Source of the DNA: Marsupella aquatica
Lineage: Eukaryota; Plantae; Marchantiophyta
Reading direction: 5' to 3'
Assembly: GCA_973895155.1 (NCBI GenBank)
Contig: OZ316897.1
Span: 1,204,515 to 1,268,514, forward strand
Length of the DNA stretch: 64,000 bases
The translations under genes were made by a program, and so were the position numbers. The notes beneath the pieces are model-generated. The model worked only from the letters and a program-made list of their open reading frames with translations, was not told where the DNA came from and made no database searches. Of the stretch, positions 60,359 through 64,000 are shown piece after piece. Numbering within the stretch: the stretch's first letter is position 1; the number at the start of each line of letters is the position of its first letter.

Positions 60359-63300
60359 TCTATGATCAGCACTACCAGCACAGGCTCTCTGTTCTCGGGC
60401 CCATAAATTATCATCTCGATGTTGGATTCAACTCGGATCGAAGGAAGGCACAGTTGGATGGTGAACTGCCTCTGTTGTATGTCCAGTGTTGCGTGACCCA
60501 GCCTGGCTAGAAGAAGCCATGATTGCAGCACTACCTAATCAAATACACAATTGCACTTCTTTCTTCTGTGTCATATTGCACAGCATACGAATTTGTTCTA
60601 GACCACTCCAAACCCTTCCATACTATTTTCTAGAGTATCATGTGAAGCAAATGTGTGCACAAGTGAAGGATACTGTACATACAATTGAGGTAGAGTACTC
60701 CAACTGACGTAAAGGCAGCCCCCACTTTAGCCTTCATTGACAATAGAATAGTACATGCATTCCAACAACAGGTAAACACTGAGCATATTAGATTGGAAAT
60801 CATTTACTTGGGTACACAACCTACTCCTCATAGAATATTGTAAGTGGTAATGGTTATTTGAAGGAGATTGGGAGAGAGGCAGAGCAATAAGCGGAATGCA
60901 GATGGAAATGCAAAGCAAGTGGCCAAGGGATGGCAGGAGAAAAGCAATCTATTCAGTGAATGCGGACATTCCCGAATAATGAAGTGAACCATCCACAGAC
61001 TTGAGCAATGCACAGTAAAAATTTGACAGATGACCCATGCCACGGAAGCATATGGATTGTTCCTCAAAATTAAATGAGACTATGAGAGGACATAAGTTCA
61101 CGACCAGGAAAGACTCTCACCTTGCAGCAAGGAGATTCTCAAAGCTCACCCGCAGGTCCTTGTAGCTCCAATATCCACCTCAAATCAGAGAAACAATCTT
61201 TGATTTTGGAAAAGGAGTTTCTTGCATAACATTACACACAATGAGCAAAGTATATCTCCTACGAAGAGCACAATCAATTTCTTTCATATTGTCAAAGATT
61301 GTTACAATTTGTTGTTGTTTCTACAAATAATGAGAACCTGCATATTGATCTTGATGGACATCAATTCATTCAACTTCTTTAAATCTCACAAATATATTCC
61401 ACCGATATATTTTGCTCTGCAGAATGGTTCTGAGCTCATAAAATGATGCACAGCCCACCCTGGGCTGAGCCAAGAACAAAAGGTAAGATTAAATTAAGCT
61501 TCCAGCTTTGGGTTTTTCCACAACCTATAGTTAGCTACACAGTTAATTACTGTAGTGATCATTTCACGCTGATCAAGATATGTGGAAACACAAGATAGGA
61601 AGCATAGAACAAAACTGATGAAGCAAACGACAGTGATGGAGACAATACGGAATTCATGAATTAAATCAGAACCGCCCTCCAAGGGAATTAGTGAGTTTGT
61701 AGCAACTTTGTTGAGGATTTTTGTAGAAAACGTCACCTTGGAATGAAGCACCACCGCAACAAAAAGCGACCTGGAAGCAAAAGGCGGGGCAAAAGGCTAT
61801 CTGCTGTCTCTTCTGACATGGTACCTTAATTTCAGTCGATCTACGCTAAAAGCTTGCATTTTATTTTCTTCAGGTAATATCATGACAATGAGAACAAGGG
61901 ACGTCTAATACCGCTGTCTCGACGCAATGAATGGCTTCGAAGTACAGGTTCATTGTATTGTATGGCATCTGGAGCCCAAATTCAAACAGGCCAAAACTCA
62001 TTTTTGCCAAAACCTCTTCGAACCCAGGGCTGAGCCAGGAACATCCGAGAATGGAAAATCAATCTTAGAGCAGGAAAAAAAATAGATTGAGATAGGCACG
62101 AACATGCATGGAAACCTATACAGACCAGAATGGAAACGCCCTTCAAACTGGGACTCTGCTCTTGGTTGATCGCTGTTGCTACTACTCGCCAGACATTGCC
62201 CTTCATTGAAACTGAAAACAAAATTTGATAGCATTGGGCAGTGTAAGTGCAAATGACAGCATTAAAAAGCAACAGCAATCTCAAGGATTGAGGTGGGGTT
62301 TCAGGTAGCGTTGGCATACAATCCCTAAGTAGGTAGCAGATGCTAGGCCTAGTCATGGGGTAAAAAATGTCGTTGCATATGGCATTCAGAAAGCTAGAAA
62401 AACAGACAAAGGGGTCCAAAAGCATTCATGAGCTAAGCGAGAGCTCTACATAGAATATTAGCAACAAATTGAATCACAGGAAGAACAGATTACAACACAC
62501 ATTGCAAGCAGTAGGATTTATATAGCATGGACAAAATACCTAGTTGCAGCCGCACTTAGCCCAATCCCCGAAGCAGTAGGTAGCCGCTCCGTTCACACCC
62601 CTCCCTTGCAGCAGCGGGTCGCCCCTTCCTTGCAGGCAGCTGCTAGCAGGTCCCTGATTGCAACTCACTTGTAGTAGAGCTCGGCCACTCGCAGGACAAT
62701 GTAGTCTCGGCCACCAAGCAGGACTAAGTTGAAGGCCACCAAGTAGGACTAAACTAAAGGCCACCAAGAAGCAAACTATATGGCAAAAGGAGAAGCCTTC
62801 CGGCCTCGGCGTAGCTCCGGCCTCTGTAGCAAGCTTGCGCGCCTCCCGATGAGTAAAGCCCAAAACCAAGGTCGCCTAAACCTCAATTGACTAACCAAAA
62901 TGCAGAGCTGAAAGCGGAGGGAACACAAAGGCAGGATGCAGTAGAGCGAAAGGAATGCAACGTAGAGATTTAACGACAGTTGCGAGAAGGCAAGGCCCGG
63001 ATCAGGCAGACTCCATACACATGTCGTCGACTATGTTAACAAATGACGGGCGTTGGAGGAAAATGCCCGAAGAAAACCCAGGCCAAACAAGGGTCCTTTG
63101 CCAAAAAGCACAATGCATAGGTGCAATAGGAGACAAAATGTGATGGCAGGACAGCCGCTGAGAGCCCTGAAACTCCTTCGCACTTGTTCACCATATGATG
63201 CAGCCTAGAGGTTGCAACTAAAGTCCCCAATACAATCCCGCACTCGTGAAAGACGTTGCTTGTGAGAATGTGGTAAGTGGAACTCTGCACACGACTCTGC

Positions 63301-63729
63301 CTTGCAACGATAAACCCTTCATTTAAGACTACGCGCAAATGCCAGAAACCCTCAACATTCAAGATGCTCTGCCAATGTTCTTCGCAAAACGGAGTCCAAT
63401 GTGAGTCGGGTGCTTGACAAGGTTCCCGCGACTAAAGGAAGACAGTGCCAGGGCATGAGGGGATGACATGTGGACGGTGGAGATGCAACGTCCAACGGGA
63501 ATGGGAACGGGAAACAAATGCCAAATCGGGGAGAGGGAAGTGGTGGTGGTGGTGATGAAGGGGGACCCATGAAACCCTTTAAAGTAAAAGGAGGCCATGG
63601 TAACATCCCCTCCCCTCATAGTCGCTTTAATATACATGTAAAATCCCCCCAAAAGCATGTCTCCAAATCCCTTGAGAGAACCGTCTCTACATTGGTAAAA
63701 CAGAATTTGGTGGATGTTGTCATACTTAG

Positions 63730-64000
63730 ACAATGACATATTAGATGACTAATCCCATCCAATTTAGTCATGGCCACATATGACCCTAATTTTTTGGCAA
63801 ATCAACAAATAGGGGTAAACTTGCAACACTTGGGGCCCTCACCGGACATGTTGCCTTAGGATTAAATGACACTGCCATTGACACATGGAATGACTTGTAC
63901 TATAGTCAATTGCAAATATGACATCTCACGACACTACACAAATGACAAGAAAGTTCACTCACGAGCTTATAAATGACACAACAATTTAGAAATGACTTCA
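63730..64000. repeat. CACTA subterminal repeats near the other end
   Basis: Recurrent AATGAC/GTCA motifs matching 52390-53120. Confidence 0.7.

Larger units (their letters stand above)
52347..64000 (-). mobile_element. CACTA (En/Spm) DNA transposon extending beyond the window
   Basis: CACTAGTACAAAA terminus at 52347; subterminal AAATGAC/GTCATTT repeats at 52390-53120 and again 63730-64000; transposase and ORF2 on minus. Confidence 0.93.

Overview
Gene-poor, transposon-dense eukaryotic DNA, most likely a seed-free land plant (inferred from TE families, TTTAGGG telo-boxes and the style of the accessory ORFs). No intact host gene is recognisable. From left to right: the 3' part of a Bianca-like Ty1/copia element (1-~3694); a young but internally deleted copia with near-identical 324-bp LTRs (4516-10059); a Mutator-like foldback MITE; an intact 576-aa retroelement accessory ORF; a copia solo LTR; and several small TIR elements. 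Next come a spliced, degenerate gene ending in a TET/JBP-like Fe(II) dioxygenase domain (~19597-21526, +) and, convergent on it, a cluster of small ORFs plus a Pif1 helicase gene of Helitron type (-). The helicase can be rebuilt in frame from three pieces separated by two TSD-flanked insertions. One is a 15.7-kb composite (23625-39324) with two inverted ORF-bearing LTR-like arms, a diverged gypsy LTR and an L1-clade LINE. The other is a very young Athila-like gypsy element (39515-48104) that lacks RNase H and integrase, has a TGA-CAATTA readthrough signal and carries a second retropepsin-like domain. A truncated paralogous gypsy and a large CACTA transposon with an apparently intact spliced transposase (52347 to beyond 64000) end the window. 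Best candidate for an undescribed system: a Helitron-like element carrying a TET/JBP-like DNA-modifying dioxygenase whose intron holds a tandem array of covarying GNRA-capped hairpins.
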